From contig CBDCNP010000002.1 in NCBI GenBank assembly GCA_965219415.1, forward strand, positions 2,848,001 through 2,912,000: a DNA stretch of 64,000 nucleotides, read 5' to 3'. Source of the stretch: Candidatus Marinacidobacterales bacterium (GTDB lineage: Bacteria; Acidobacteriota; Vicinamibacteria; Marinacidobacterales; DATDRI01). This document shows, piece after piece, positions 50,696 through 61,719 of this stretch. Below the pieces are notes generated by a model. That model made no database searches, was not told the DNA's origin, and saw only the letters and a list, made by a program, of their open reading frames with translations. Both the position numbers and the translations under genes were made by a program. The stretch's first letter is position 1. The number at the start of each line of letters is the position of its first letter.

Positions 50696-51131
50696 TAACA
50701 CCTCACTTTCTAATAAAAAGTGCGGCAATTCTATCACATCTAGGCGAGAATAGCAACCAATTATTGTGCCGAGAAGTCTTTTCTTCGTGTTAGTTTAGAG
50801 GGACTCCACCAGCCAAATAGAAACATAAGGTGGAAATCCCACACCTCCTACTATTTTCGGGTTCCAAAAGAAATGCCCCTTATTAAGACGGGTGGGTAAG
50901 GAAACACAAAGGCTTCTTGGACTATAACTACAATCTAGTCAATGAGTTGAAATGTGTATAAGACTACCGCCCGCCTTTGCCGCGGCATCGAACGGGCCCA
51001 CGAGTCCAAAATAGCACTTTCTCTTTCTTCTCGCCACAAAGTCGGTCCCGCCCCGTGCGAGGCGAGAGAGTATTCCATGGTAGACTTTGCTCCGCGCCCC
51101 ATTCCCATGCCGAATGCGCAAGAGCGGAATA

Positions 51132-51219
51132 GCCGGAGTGGCGGAACTGGTAGACGCACGGGATTCAAAATCCCGCGGGGCTTAGCTCTGTAAGGGTTCG
51201 ACTCCCTTCTCCGGCACCA
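51132..51219 (+). tRNA. tRNA-Leu(CAA)
   Basis: Acceptor GCCGGAG/CTCCGGC, anticodon arm CGGGA-TTCAAAA-TCCCG, long variable arm, GGTTCGACTCC, encoded CCA. Confidence 0.96.
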
Positions 51220-51342
51220 ACACAGCCTGGAATTTTCTCCGGCTCGCTTACGCGCAAAATGCGGCGTCCAAGGTGGTAGAGGGAGGAGGGCTACCCGGAA
51301 CAGGTTGGGGTGGAAAGCCTCCTCCCTAACCGGCGGTCTCTA

Positions 51343-52395
51343 CTAATTGTAGTACTCAGCGCCGGTTTGGTTCGCCGCCAACGCCATGTTGCGGAGGCTG
51401 ACGGTTGTCGCGAAGGTCTTGCGAACGTGCGTGTCGTCGGGATCGAAGACTCCCTCCGAGGCCCCTTGCAGGTTGGTGCTTTCGCTCCGCCCCACGACCG
51501 ATAGTCGCACCTTGGTAATCCAACTTGTCGGGTCGTCGGGATCGGGTACCGCGGGCTCGTCTACGAAATTCATCGAATTCCCCAACGCGTACTGTAGCTG
51601 CAAGTTCTCGATGTTGATGGCCACTGGAATCCAGGGCTCTCCGTTGCTCAGGTCGCGGCGCTCGAGTGTCGGGGTGGGCGATGGCGGCAGCGGGCTCACG
51701 CGGTATTGAATCACCTTGAACCTTCCGATAACCGCGCAGTCGGGATGCACCTCACCATTGAACCCTCCGGGCAGGTTCATCCCCGTGGCGCTCTGGCCGG
51801 GATTGTGCGTGATTTTTAGAGTAGGACTGCCGCCGGCGCTGGTCATCGTCGGGGGAAGGCTAACCTCGAAAGGATAGATCCCGTACTCGCCGTCCCCGTT
51901 ACAATCCCCGGTCTCAAGGGCGAAGAGGATCATCCCTTCGTTGTACGCATTCTCCGGGTAGGTTTGATACGGATCGAGCGTCCCCGGATCGATGTTGAGC
52001 GTTGAGGATTGGTCGATGGTATTGCAAGGACCGCCTCCTCCTCCACTACCCGCCACGCCGCACTTCAGCGGCTCCGATATCGGGACATCGGGATCGGCGA
52101 AGATGATGGTGACCTCGTCCGGGTCGATCAAACCGCCGTCATTCCAGAGAACCGCGGACTGCGCCGGCGTTTTGTAGCCTGCCATGAGCAAATCACGGCT
52201 GATGTTCTCCACGCCGGAGCGCGTGTTGTGGTTCATGTCGCTGATCTCGGGCTCACGTCGAAAGCTTTCTTGACCACGTTGCAGCAGCCCAAAAACGGAT
52301 GCCATCACGTTTACCATGAGCAAGAGCGCGATCATCACTTCCACTAGAGTGAATCCCCGCTCGGTCATCGAAAAGTCGGTTCGGACCGGTTTCAT
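51343..52395 (-). CDS. PilW-like type IV minor pilin
   Basis: Class III signal RG|FTLVEVMIAL, SRDLLMAGY, NIENLQLQY, terminal VSLRN. Confidence 0.85.
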   Translation of the reverse strand: MKPVRTDFSMTERGFTLVEVMIALLLMVNVMASVFGLLQRGQESFRREPEISDMNHNTRSGVENISRDLLMAGYKTPAQSAVLWNDGGLIDPDEVTIIFADPDVPISEPLKCGVAGSGGGGGPCNTIDQSSTLNIDPGTLDPYQTYPENAYNEGMILFALETGDCNGDGEYGIYPFEVSLPPTMTSAGGSPTLKITHNPGQSATGMNLPGGFNGEVHPDCAVIGRFKVIQYRVSPLPPSPTPTLERRDLSNGEPWIPVAINIENLQLQYALGNSMNFVDEPAVPDPDDPTSWITKVRLSVVGRSESTNLQGASEGVFDPDDTHVRKTFATTVSLRNMALAANQTGAEYYN

Positions 52396-52707
52396 GGAGC
52401 ACCTCCCGTGAGAAACGTCCGGGGTTGGGGTTCCCCGGACTCCCCTTCGCTCGTCCGGACTGTGGGGAATCTCGATCACGCGGTTAGTTTTTCAGGTATT
52501 TTGCGCTCCATGGAATGGGCTAAATCACACGGATAACCCCCCAACGCTGTGGGGGGAATTTCCCACAATCCCGCAAACGGCATCCTCGTCCCTTACACTA
52601 TTCTGCGTTCGGCTTGGACTCCGGGTAGATTCAAGATACGATAGTAGGTTCGGATCCGCCGAGTCGCACCAGGAAGAATTCAACGCGCCGTTCGCACAGA
52701 AAACCCC

Positions 52708-53793
52708 ATGACTTTCCGTGTTCTCGCATTGTCCATGCTCGCGGCGGGACTCGTCCTGTCCGGTGCGATCCCTGTGTCTGCTCAAGAGTGGCCGGCCAGC
52801 CCGGTCCGCTATACGGAAGCCAAGGAGTATCCGGTCCATCGCCTGATCGAGCTCCCCGGATCGGTCGAGTCGCGTACCGAAAGCTTGGTGGCCAGCGAAG
52901 TAGCCGGCCTGGTCGTTGAGCTTGCGGCCCGTGAAGGACAAACGGTACGCAAAGGCGAGACCCTCGCCAAGCTCCGAAGCGATCAGCTGGAGTTACAGCT
53001 CCAGGCCGCGGAGGCCGAGCTCCGCGAGGCGGAAGCGCGTCGGACGCAGGCAGAGAGTAATCTGGAGCGCTCCAAAGATCTCTTCGACTCCGAAGTGCTG
53101 TCCCAACGACAGCTCGACGAGGCCATTTCTGAATTCGATGCATGGCGCGGGCGGACGGAGCGCCTCACCGTCATGATTGCCCGCATCAAGCTCGACATCG
53201 AGCGCTCGGCTGTACGAGCGCCCTTCGCGGGCGTCATCGTCGCCGAACGGTGCGAGGTCGGAGAATGGGTCGACAAGGGAGATCCGGTGGTCGAGCTCAT
53301 CTCACTCTACGACCTCGAAGTTCGGGTCGATGTTCCGGAGCGTTACTTCAGCAACATGAACCCGGGGGCCGAGGCGACCGTCCGCTTCGAATCCTTACCG
53401 GGATACGAGTTGACCGGAAAGGTGAGCGCCATTGTTCCCCGAGCCAACGCTCGGTCCCGAACCTTCCCGCTCAAGATCCGCATTAAGAATAAGGATGGGA
53501 AGGTGGGCGCGGGGATGCTGGCCAAAGTGTCATTTCCCGCTGGAGAGTCCTACTCCGCCACCGTCGTTCCCAAGGATGCGGTCATCACACGGGGAGCAGA
53601 ACGCTACGTCTACCTCGTCAACGGAGACAGCACCGTGAGTCAGGTATCCGTCGAGACCGGTGTCGCCATGGGCCCCTGGGTCGAGATTCAGAGCGAGGTG
53701 AGGCCGGGTGCGAAGGTCGTCACCCGCGGGAACGAGCGCTTGCAGCCGGGGCAGAGAGTCCAAGGCGAGCCACTAGAGTACGCTCTGCCATAG
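52708..53793 (+). CDS. RND efflux periplasmic adaptor subunit
   Basis: VASEVAG, EGQTVRKGE, coiled coil, RAPFAG, VPKDAV. Confidence 0.93.
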   Translation: MTFRVLALSMLAAGLVLSGAIPVSAQEWPASPVRYTEAKEYPVHRLIELPGSVESRTESLVASEVAGLVVELAAREGQTVRKGETLAKLRSDQLELQLQAAEAELREAEARRTQAESNLERSKDLFDSEVLSQRQLDEAISEFDAWRGRTERLTVMIARIKLDIERSAVRAPFAGVIVAERCEVGEWVDKGDPVVELISLYDLEVRVDVPERYFSNMNPGAEATVRFESLPGYELTGKVSAIVPRANARSRTFPLKIRIKNKDGKVGAGMLAKVSFPAGESYSATVVPKDAVITRGAERYVYLVNGDSTVSQVSVETGVAMGPWVEIQSEVRPGAKVVTRGNERLQPGQRVQGEPLEYALP

Positions 53794-53797
53794 TGCC

Positions 53798-56700
53798 ATG
53801 AAGATCATCAACGAAGCCGTACGCTACCCGGTCACGACCGCGGTAGGGGTGCTGTTCTTGTTGCTCTTCGGCGCCATCGCTCTCTTCCGCATTCCCGTCC
53901 AACTCACACCCGACGTCGACGAGCCGAACGTCACCGTCAGCACGTTTTGGCCGGGAGCCAGTCCTCAAGAGATCGAGCGGGAAATCGTCGACGAACAGGA
54001 AGAACAGCTCAAAGCCATTGAGGGTCTCGTCAGAATGGAGAGCTCGAGCTCCGACAGCTCCGCCACCATCGTACTGACCTTCCCGGTGGGAACCGATTTG
54101 GACGCCGCCGTTTTGAGAGTCTCGAACCGATTGCAGCAGGTCCCCGAATATCCCTCCGACGCGGATAAGCCGATCATCACGACGGTCGGTTTCGAAGAAA
54201 ACGCCGTCGCCTGGTTCATTCTCAAGAAAACCGAGGAGAACCCTTACCAGGAAGACATCTCGACCCTGTACAACTTCGTCGACGACTACATAAAGCCCGA
54301 GATCGAGAGAGTCGAGGGCGTGGGGCAGTCTAACTTCTTCGGTGGCCGCGAGCGAGAGATGCAAGTGATCGTCGACCCTGCCAAGTTGGCGGCTCGCAGT
54401 GTGACGTTCAACGAGCTCGGGGAGGCCCTCGAAAAAGAGAACCGCAACTACAGCGGTGGGGACTTCGACGAAGGCAAACGCCGCTACGTCGTGCGCACCG
54501 TGGGCGAGTATCAATCGGCGGAAGACATCGAGAACATCGTTGTTGCGGTGCGGGACGGTGTTCCCATCTACGTTCGTGACGTCGGCCGTGCCGAGCTCGG
54601 CTACCGAAAGCCCCGGGCCGAGGTCTACGAGTGGGACGAGAAGACCATCGCCATCAACGCCATCGCGGAGCCGGGAACCAATGTCCTCGAAGTCATGGCG
54701 GGGTTGCAAGAAACCACCGACCGACTGAATCGGGACCTACTGCACCCTCGGGGGCTCGACCTTTGGTTGGCCTACGACGAGACCGAGTATATCGATAGCG
54801 CCATCGCTCTCGTTCGACAAAGCCTCATAATCGGCGGCCTACTCGCCGTCGTCATCCTACTGCTTTACCTGCGGAGCGGCACCAGCACGTTGGTCATCGC
54901 GGTCGCCATCCCCATTTGCATCGTCGGTACGTTCTTGATGATGTACCTGTTCGGGCGCACGTTGAACGTCGTGAGCCTGGCGGGAATGGCCTTCGCGGTG
55001 GGCATGGTGGTCGATAACTCCATCGTGGTGCTCGAGAACATCTACCGCCACAGCCAGATGGGCAAGCCTCGATTCACGGCCGCCTACGACGGCGCGAGAG
55101 AGGTCTGGGGAGCAGTCCTGGCCAGTACACTCACCACCATCGCAGTCTTCGTACCGGTGGTGTTCATCCAGGAAGAGGCGGGGCAGCTCTTCGCCGATAT
55201 TGCGATCGCCATCAGCTGTGCGGTGGCACTCAGCCTCATCGTCTCGATCACCGTCATCCCCAGCCTTTCGGCGCGCATTCTTCGCACCGCCCATCAGGAC
55301 AACGAGGACAAGGGATTCCACAATCTTTGGGGGGCAATGAATCGCGCCGCCGACTTCGCCCACTGGGTTCGCGACACGGTGACCTGGATCAACGCAACCA
55401 CCAAGCGCCGGCTCACGGTTGTTGTCGGACTCACCACGGTTTCCATCGGCCTGAGCGTCCTCATCATGCCCAAGGCCGAGTACCTCCCGGTCGGCAACAA
55501 CAATTTCTTGTTCGGGATCCTGTCGCCACCGCCGGGATACACGCTGGACGAAGTCTCCGAGCTCCGTAAGGTTTACGAGGAGGGTCTGCGTTCGCTGTGG
55601 GAGTCTGAACCTGGGTCTCCGGCGGCATTGGCACAGCCTGGAGGCGGGGTCAAAAACTTTTTCTTTGTGAGTCTCCACAGCAGTGTCTTCATGGGTGCGC
55701 GCGCTCGAGATCCTCTGCGCGTCCGAGAGCTCATCCCCGAGTTTCAAAGGTTGGGCTTCTCGAGTCCCGGCGTGATCGCGGTCGTCAATCAGGCCAGCAT
55801 TTTTCAGGGAGGCTTCGACGAGGGGCGCAACATCGACATCGACATCACCGGCCCCGATCTCGAGCGGCTCATGCAGCTAGGTGGGGAGATGTTCGGCAAA
55901 GTTTTTCAAGCCCTGCCCGGAGCGCAGGGTCGACCCATACCGGGACTCGATTTGGACAATCCAGAAATTCAAGTGATCACCCATCGTCGGCGAGCCGCCG
56001 AAATGGGGCTCTCGAACCGCGAGCTCGGTTTTGCGGTGAGTGCGCTGGTGGACGGTGCCAAGGCTAGCGACTACCAATTTGAGGGGAGAGAGATCGACCT
56101 CAGGGTCATGACCGAGGAGAGCTACGAGCACCGCACTCACCTGCTCGAGCAGCTTCCCATCGCCACACCCTATGGCCGGCTCGTCACGCTCGGTTCGGTG
56201 GCCGAGGTCGTCGAGGCGAACGGGCCGGTGCAGATCAATCACCGCGAGCGCGAACGCTCTATCACTCTGCGCATCACACCGCATGAACAGATGCCGTTGG
56301 AGACCGCGATGGAAGCGGTGCAGACCCAGATCATCGCTCCGATGCAACAAGAAGGAAAACTCGGTGGCCTCTATCGTGTTGCCTTGAGCGGAAGCGCCGA
56401 CAAACTCTCCCAAACCGGCCGTTCTTTGAGGTGGAACTTCCTTCTCGCCATCGTCATTACGTATTTGCTGATGGCGGCGCTCTTCGAAAGTTTTCTCTAC
56501 CCTTTCGTCATCATGTTCAGTGTGCCGCTAGCCGCTCTGGGAGGGTTCTTGGGGCTGGCGGTCGTGAACCTGTTCACCTACCAGGCCCTCGACGTGCTCA
56601 CCATGTTGGGCTTCATCATCCTCGTTGGCACAGTGGTCAATAACGCTATTCTCATCGTGCATCAGTCCCTGAACCACATGCGCGAGGAAGCCATGGAGCC

Positions 56701-56980
56701 ACGCCTCGCGATTAGCGAGTCGGTGAAGACACGCATCCGTCCCATCTTCATGAGCGTGAGCACATCGGTCTGCGGCATGTTGCCGCTCATCCTATTCCCC
56801 GGCGCCGGCTCGGAGCTCTATCGCGGACTGGGAAGCGTCGTGGTCGGCGGCCTGGTGCTGTCGACGCTGTTTACTTTGTTCCTTGTCCCTGCATTGTTTA
56901 GCCTGGTGATGGACGCTCGTGCCTACCTCGCCGAGCGGGCGGTGCGAGTATTGAAGCCCGCCCAGCACACGAGCGACTAG
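53798..56980 (+). CDS. RND efflux permease (AcrB family)
   Basis: PGASPQEIE, GMVVDNSIVVLENI, GTVVNNAIL, RIRPIFMS; 1060 aa. Confidence 0.96.
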   Translation: MKIINEAVRYPVTTAVGVLFLLLFGAIALFRIPVQLTPDVDEPNVTVSTFWPGASPQEIEREIVDEQEEQLKAIEGLVRMESSSSDSSATIVLTFPVGTDLDAAVLRVSNRLQQVPEYPSDADKPIITTVGFEENAVAWFILKKTEENPYQEDISTLYNFVDDYIKPEIERVEGVGQSNFFGGREREMQVIVDPAKLAARSVTFNELGEALEKENRNYSGGDFDEGKRRYVVRTVGEYQSAEDIENIVVAVRDGVPIYVRDVGRAELGYRKPRAEVYEWDEKTIAINAIAEPGTNVLEVMAGLQETTDRLNRDLLHPRGLDLWLAYDETEYIDSAIALVRQSLIIGGLLAVVILLLYLRSGTSTLVIAVAIPICIVGTFLMMYLFGRTLNVVSLAGMAFAVGMVVDNSIVVLENIYRHSQMGKPRFTAAYDGAREVWGAVLASTLTTIAVFVPVVFIQEEAGQLFADIAIAISCAVALSLIVSITVIPSLSARILRTAHQDNEDKGFHNLWGAMNRAADFAHWVRDTVTWINATTKRRLTVVVGLTTVSIGLSVLIMPKAEYLPVGNNNFLFGILSPPPGYTLDEVSELRKVYEEGLRSLWESEPGSPAALAQPGGGVKNFFFVSLHSSVFMGARARDPLRVRELIPEFQRLGFSSPGVIAVVNQASIFQGGFDEGRNIDIDITGPDLERLMQLGGEMFGKVFQALPGAQGRPIPGLDLDNPEIQVITHRRRAAEMGLSNRELGFAVSALVDGAKASDYQFEGREIDLRVMTEESYEHRTHLLEQLPIATPYGRLVTLGSVAEVVEANGPVQINHRERERSITLRITPHEQMPLETAMEAVQTQIIAPMQQEGKLGGLYRVALSGSADKLSQTGRSLRWNFLLAIVITYLLMAALFESFLYPFVIMFSVPLAALGGFLGLAVVNLFTYQALDVLTMLGFIILVGTVVNNAILIVHQSLNHMREEAMEPRLAISESVKTRIRPIFMSVSTSVCGMLPLILFPGAGSELYRGLGSVVVGGLVLSTLFTLFLVPALFSLVMDARAYLAERAVRVLKPAQHTSD

Positions 56981-56982
56981 CC

Positions 56983-57013
56983 CCCGCCTTCGCCAAGGCT
57001 ACGGCGAGGCAAG
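56983..57013. repeat. Short palindromic intergenic element of a second type
   Basis: GCCTTCGCCAAGGCTACGGCGAGGC imperfect hairpin right after the stop codon; single copy in this window. Confidence 0.45.
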
Positions 57014-57036
57014 CGCCGTTTCACTACAATAAGGCG

Positions 57037-58703
57037 ATGCGAAAGTGTCCGGCCGCCAACGTTCTCCCGTTTCTCTTGCTCCTCACGGCGTGCGAGGGTC
57101 GGGAGCCCGAACCGTTGGTAGTGCTCTTCTGCCTCGACGGCGCCAGTCCCGAAGCCTTCGACCGGCTTCGCTCGGAGGGGAAGCTACCCAACATCGACCG
57201 CCTGATCCGCTCGGGTAGCTGGGGCCCATTGGAGTCCTTGGGTGCGAAGCGGGTACTCCAGGCCCACCCGCGACGGGGGTATTGGTCTCCGATCATTTGG
57301 GCGTCCGTCGCGACGGGCATGATCCCCGAGAAGCACGGGATTCTCGATTTTCTTCTACCAATGCCGGGGACGTCGTTCGCGTGGATTGGAAACGATGCCG
57401 GCCCGCCGCGAGCCGATCTCAAGCTGCCTCAGGTGAACGGTCGTCCACCGTACACTCTGCGCCTTCGGTTGCGCTCGTTTCCGGCGAACGGCCCGCAGGA
57501 TGTCCAAGTCCTCTTGAACGGCGCCCCCGTCGCATCGACCACGGTTCCGGTCAAGTGGAAGGACTTCACCGTGGATTTATCGGAGGAGCTCTTTCGCCCG
57601 CACAGAATCGGGTCGAGCTTGTTTTCTCGAAACAAAGCAAGCCATCGGACCGAGGCAAATCGAAAGATCACCGTTCCCTCGCCGGGGCCTTCGCCTCGCT
57701 TACGGTGGAAGATTCGCGGGGAAAGATCGTGGCTTCCTTCGACCCGGTCTACCAACGCTTCTCGCTCGGCAGGGGTTTTCATCTTCCCGAGGCCGAGCTG
57801 GTCGAAGCGCAGAGCGCTCACTTCAAGACACGACCGGTGTGGAGTCTCCTGGGGGATCTGGGGCATCGGATCGGGGTGGTGGGCTATTGGTCCACTTGGC
57901 CCGCCTACGAGGTGAACGGCTTTCTCGTCAGCTCGCGCATGGGAATGCGTGGAAGACGACAAGGCACGCGCGAGCATCTCACCTGGCCGGCCGAGCTCGC
58001 GGGAGAGCTCCAGCCGCTGAAGCCAACCGAGGCCGAGATGAAAGAGGTCGTCACCGACCTCTACCCGCCTTCCTGCTCACCGGCCAAACCCAAGAGCCTC
58101 TCGGTCTTCGAGCAAGTCGTGTGGCAAGACGAGTTCTATTTCCGAATCGCGCGGAAGCTCTTACCCACTCTCGACGAAGGATTTTTCACCGTTTACTTCG
58201 AGTCCATCGATGTGGGAAGCCATGCGTTTTTGCCTTATCGTCACGGAGCAGAGCTTCCTCCCGATTGTCCCGAGTCGGTGAGAGAAGTGGCCGACAAGAC
58301 GTACGCACGGATCGACGGATGGATCGGCGAGTTGATTGAAGATCTCCCCGCCCACGCAACCGTGGTCGTGATCTCGGACCACGGCATGGTGACCGCCGAC
58401 AACGCCGGCTACCACGCTCCCTATGGGGTCTTTATCGCGTCTGGACCGGCGGTCCGGCATGCCGAGTTGAGGGGTGCGACGGTCTTGGACATTGCGCCGA
58501 CTATCCTTCAGCTCATTGGCGTCCCCATTCCTTTCGAGATGGACGGCAAAGTACTGGTGCAGGCCTTCAAGCCGGAGTGGTTCGCGGCGCACGTCCCGCG
58601 ATATTTAGACGTAGAGACGGCACGCGCCGAGGAGAATGCACCTCTCGCGGAAGACACCGAAGACGTGATCGAGCGGCTAAAATCGATTGGCTATATAGAG
58701 TGA
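57037..58703 (+). CDS. Alkaline phosphatase superfamily (NPP/phosphodiesterase-like) lipoprotein (frameshift near 57595)
   Basis: Lipobox LTA-C, LDGA, SPIIWASVATG, IDVGSH, SDHG, LDIAPT, RLKSIGYIE. Confidence 0.8.
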
Positions 58704-58794
58704 AGATTCGCCTGCATCACTGGAAAGCTTGAGGCCAAGTTGAGTCGGCTGTCGGCCGCCAAACTACTTGGTTGCTCTGACCGGAGCTAGCCAG

Positions 58795-58822
58795 GCGGCG
58801 GTGGGGCCCCGCGCGCACTAAC
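58795..58822. repeat. Degenerate minimal REP-like unit, copy 4
   Basis: GCGGCGGTGGGGCCCCGCGCGCACTAAC between convergent genes. Confidence 0.6.
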
Positions 58823-58830
58823 TATTTCCG

Positions 58831-60831
58831 CTACACGCGTGACACTTCCACCCGGGCGTCGTTGAAGCAAGCACCCGCGCCCACGTTGTCGACTGTCGGT
58901 GGGCAGAGAGCGGTTGCGGTGCGGTCGTTTTCCGAAGACTTCATCCAGGCACCCTTCGGGATGCTGACCACCCCGACCTTGGTGCTGTCACTCACCCGAG
59001 CGTGACAACGTACTTCTCCTAGCCGATTGTGTACGCGCACAATGTTGCCAGCATCGATACCCCTCGTCGAGGCATCTTCCGGATGGATGGTGACCTCCAA
59101 GGTGGGATAGCTCCACTCACCGAAGGTGCTGTTCGTCATCCTTGACATTGCCGGAGTGAGAAGCGCCAGCGGGTAATCCGGATCTTGGACCGGTCGATAC
59201 TCGTACGACCGCGGTCCGAGTGCTGCGGGTGTGAGGTGGATCTTCTGATCCGAAGTCTGCGGGAACACCGACTCGAACTGCACCGGTGCATCCCCAGGAA
59301 AGCTGTACCTCTGCTGCTTGCCCGCTTCGAGTAAGACGGGATCCGCTTGCTTCCCGTTCAACCGCATCGTGGCGGCGACTCTTCTGAGCGCTTCGGCGCC
59401 TTCCCAAGAAAACGCCTCGTCCTCGAAGCCCATCGCGCGACCGAGCGCCGAGAAGACGTCGTGGTTGGACCGAGACTCGCCACGTGCTGCGATGGCGGCC
59501 CGAACACCGCCGACAACATAGGCACCGTAGCCAGCCCGGATGTCCTCGTGCTCGAGAAACGTCGTGGCGGGCAGGAGAATGTCCGCGTAACGAGCCGTGT
59601 CCGTCATGACCTGATCGAAAACGACCGTAAACAGGTCTTCGCGGCCGAGACCGGTAAGCACCGCGTTTTGATCCGGTACCGTAGCAGCGGGATTGGCGTT
59701 GTACACGAAGAGGCCCTTGATGGGCGGTGAGAAGTCACCCTTCAGGACCTTGCCTAGCTCGGTCATATTGATGATGCGGGTCTGCCAGCTCGACTCGTCC
59801 CATATCTGATTCGGTTCCACATGTAACGCGCCTCGATTGCTCAACGTATAGCCGCCACCGCGAGGCCCGAACTTGCCGAGCAGCGCCGGCATCGCCAGAA
59901 CCGCGGCGACCGCCTGCCCTCCGTTCTGGTTCCTCTCGATGCCCCATCCGCACCGCATCACCGCTGGAGAAGCTGCGGCGTACTGATCCGCCAGCCGTCG
60001 AATCGCTTCCGGATCGACGCGTGCCTCTACCGCCGCTCGGTCGATAGACCATGGAGCCGCCTTCTCCAAGAGTGCATCGAGACCGACGCTGTGGCCGTCC
60101 AGAAACTGCCGGTCGAGCCTTCCCTGCTCGCTCCAGTAACGGATCATCGAAAGCGCTACCGGGAGATCGGCCCCCGGGAAGATCGGAAGGTGCAGATCCA
60201 CGAGGTCCGCGGACAGGTTCCTCCTGGGATCGACGACCGCTATGAACGCGCCCCGGCGTTTCGCCTCCTGTAGAAACGGCACCAGATGGATGTTGGATGC
60301 CCTGGGATTCGCGCCCCATACAATGATGCACTTGGCTTCGGGGTAATCTTCGAAGGCCACTCCCGGCATCTTGCCGTACATGCCCTGGGAGACTTCGGAA
60401 GTCGGCGCCGCGCAAATCGTCTTCGCGAGGCGGGAGGCGCCCAGACGCGCGAAGTATAGGCTGTCGGAAAAACCGTCGGTAAGCGCGCCGTTCGAGCCGC
60501 CGTAGTGATAGGGCAGAACGGCTTCCGGCCCCCACTCGGCCGCGATTGTCCGAAACTGATCCGTGATATCGCCGATCGCCGCCTCCCATGAGATCCGCTC
60601 GAACTCCTCATCTCCCTTTGCACCCTTGCGCCTCATCGGGTAGAGAGGCCGCGAGTCATGATAGACGCGGCGTGAGAACTGCGTAACCTTGGAGCAAATG
60701 AAGCCCCCGCTTGTCGGATGGTCGTCGTGACCCCGAATCTCTTCGATGATGTCGTCCTTGACGGTCACTTCGAGCGAGCACGCGTCCGGGCAATCCATGG
60801 CGCAAGTGGTATCGACGAGCTTAGTGGTCAC
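58831..60831 (-). CDS. Molybdopterin-dependent oxidoreductase (DMSO reductase family)
   Basis: CAMDCPDAC...ICSK, YPMRR, ISWEAA, WGANP, TARYADILLPATT, IHPEDA. Confidence 0.92.
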   Translation of the reverse strand: MTTKLVDTTCAMDCPDACSLEVTVKDDIIEEIRGHDDHPTSGGFICSKVTQFSRRVYHDSRPLYPMRRKGAKGDEEFERISWEAAIGDITDQFRTIAAEWGPEAVLPYHYGGSNGALTDGFSDSLYFARLGASRLAKTICAAPTSEVSQGMYGKMPGVAFEDYPEAKCIIVWGANPRASNIHLVPFLQEAKRRGAFIAVVDPRRNLSADLVDLHLPIFPGADLPVALSMIRYWSEQGRLDRQFLDGHSVGLDALLEKAAPWSIDRAAVEARVDPEAIRRLADQYAAASPAVMRCGWGIERNQNGGQAVAAVLAMPALLGKFGPRGGGYTLSNRGALHVEPNQIWDESSWQTRIINMTELGKVLKGDFSPPIKGLFVYNANPAATVPDQNAVLTGLGREDLFTVVFDQVMTDTARYADILLPATTFLEHEDIRAGYGAYVVGGVRAAIAARGESRSNHDVFSALGRAMGFEDEAFSWEGAEALRRVAATMRLNGKQADPVLLEAGKQQRYSFPGDAPVQFESVFPQTSDQKIHLTPAALGPRSYEYRPVQDPDYPLALLTPAMSRMTNSTFGEWSYPTLEVTIHPEDASTRGIDAGNIVRVHNRLGEVRCHARVSDSTKVGVVSIPKGAWMKSSENDRTATALCPPTVDNVGAGACFNDARVEVSRV

Positions 60832-60942
60832 CTTTTTTCCTCCTATCATCTCATAGAGGATTCTAGCTTCCATCCCTGTCCCCCGTAAGAGCCACTCTGG
60901 CGTGTACGGAAGGATCCAGCGCGAAAGGCCATCAACAGGCCG

Positions 60943-61719
60943 TCAACCCCTCTTTTTCGCCACGATGCGGAGCCCCAATGGCACAATGGCCCCATCGTCT
61001 ATCAAGCCTCGCTCGAGCTCCAGGAGCTTGAGGGCAGCATCGTACCCTCGCTGGCTCGGCTCTAAAGCGGCGGCAAAGTCCGCGAACAAGGTCGGGACCC
61101 TTTCCGAATTCACGATGTCGAAACGGCGCTCGACTCCGTCGAGCATTTCTTTGCCCTTGTGGAGGGGGGGTTCGTGGTGGTGCTCTTCGATCCATTCTTC
61201 CAGTGGCGTCGTCGGCACCGGCCGTTCGTCCACGTGGTCCCGGTGCGAATGGTGGTGGTGCTCTTCGTCTCCCCGCTCTTCCGTTAGTACTCCGCACGAC
61301 TCGAGCAGAGACCACATCGCGTAGAACCATCGCGCCGTACTCTCATCGATTTCATCCCACGAGAATTCTTCTGCGAGAAGGAGCCCGCCGGGAACGAGGA
61401 GGCGCCCGGTGTGCTCCAACGCATCTCCCAACGGAAAGATATGGTGGAGCGAAAAACCAAAGACGATGGCGTCGAAAGTTTCTCCTTCGAGGTGGAGAAA
61501 ATCCGTTTGCCTCGCTTCGACGCCGAGAGCTCGGGCCTTGTCGACCGCCCCCTCATCCACATCCAAGCCGATGACACGATGGCCGGCTTCTTTTAGTTCG
61601 CCCGCTAGCTCGCCGGCCCCGCATCCGGCGTCCATGATCCGCGAGTCGGCGGGTAAATAATCCTCGAGGTAGCAAAGCGTCCCTGAGATCGTAAGGTCGG
61701 TGGGTTTCCGGGCACCCAT
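60943..61719 (-). CDS. Class I SAM-dependent methyltransferase with His-rich insert
   Basis: IMDAGCGAG, GLDVD, FDAI...SLHH, LVPGG. Confidence 0.88.
   Translation of the reverse strand: MGARKPTDLTISGTLCYLEDYLPADSRIMDAGCGAGELAGELKEAGHRVIGLDVDEGAVDKARALGVEARQTDFLHLEGETFDAIVFGFSLHHIFPLGDALEHTGRLLVPGGLLLAEEFSWDEIDESTARWFYAMWSLLESCGVLTEERGDEEHHHHSHRDHVDERPVPTTPLEEWIEEHHHEPPLHKGKEMLDGVERRFDIVNSERVPTLFADFAAALEPSQRGYDAALKLLELERGLIDDGAIVPLGLRIVAKKRG

Noticed and set aside
51220-51250. att-site duplication of the tRNA-Leu 3' end (TTCTCCGGC)
   Set aside because: Only 9 bp, immediately adjacent, and no integrase
58831-60831. Selenocysteine in the molybdopterin enzyme
   Set aside because: Continuous ORF with Cys at the TIC position and no in-frame TGA
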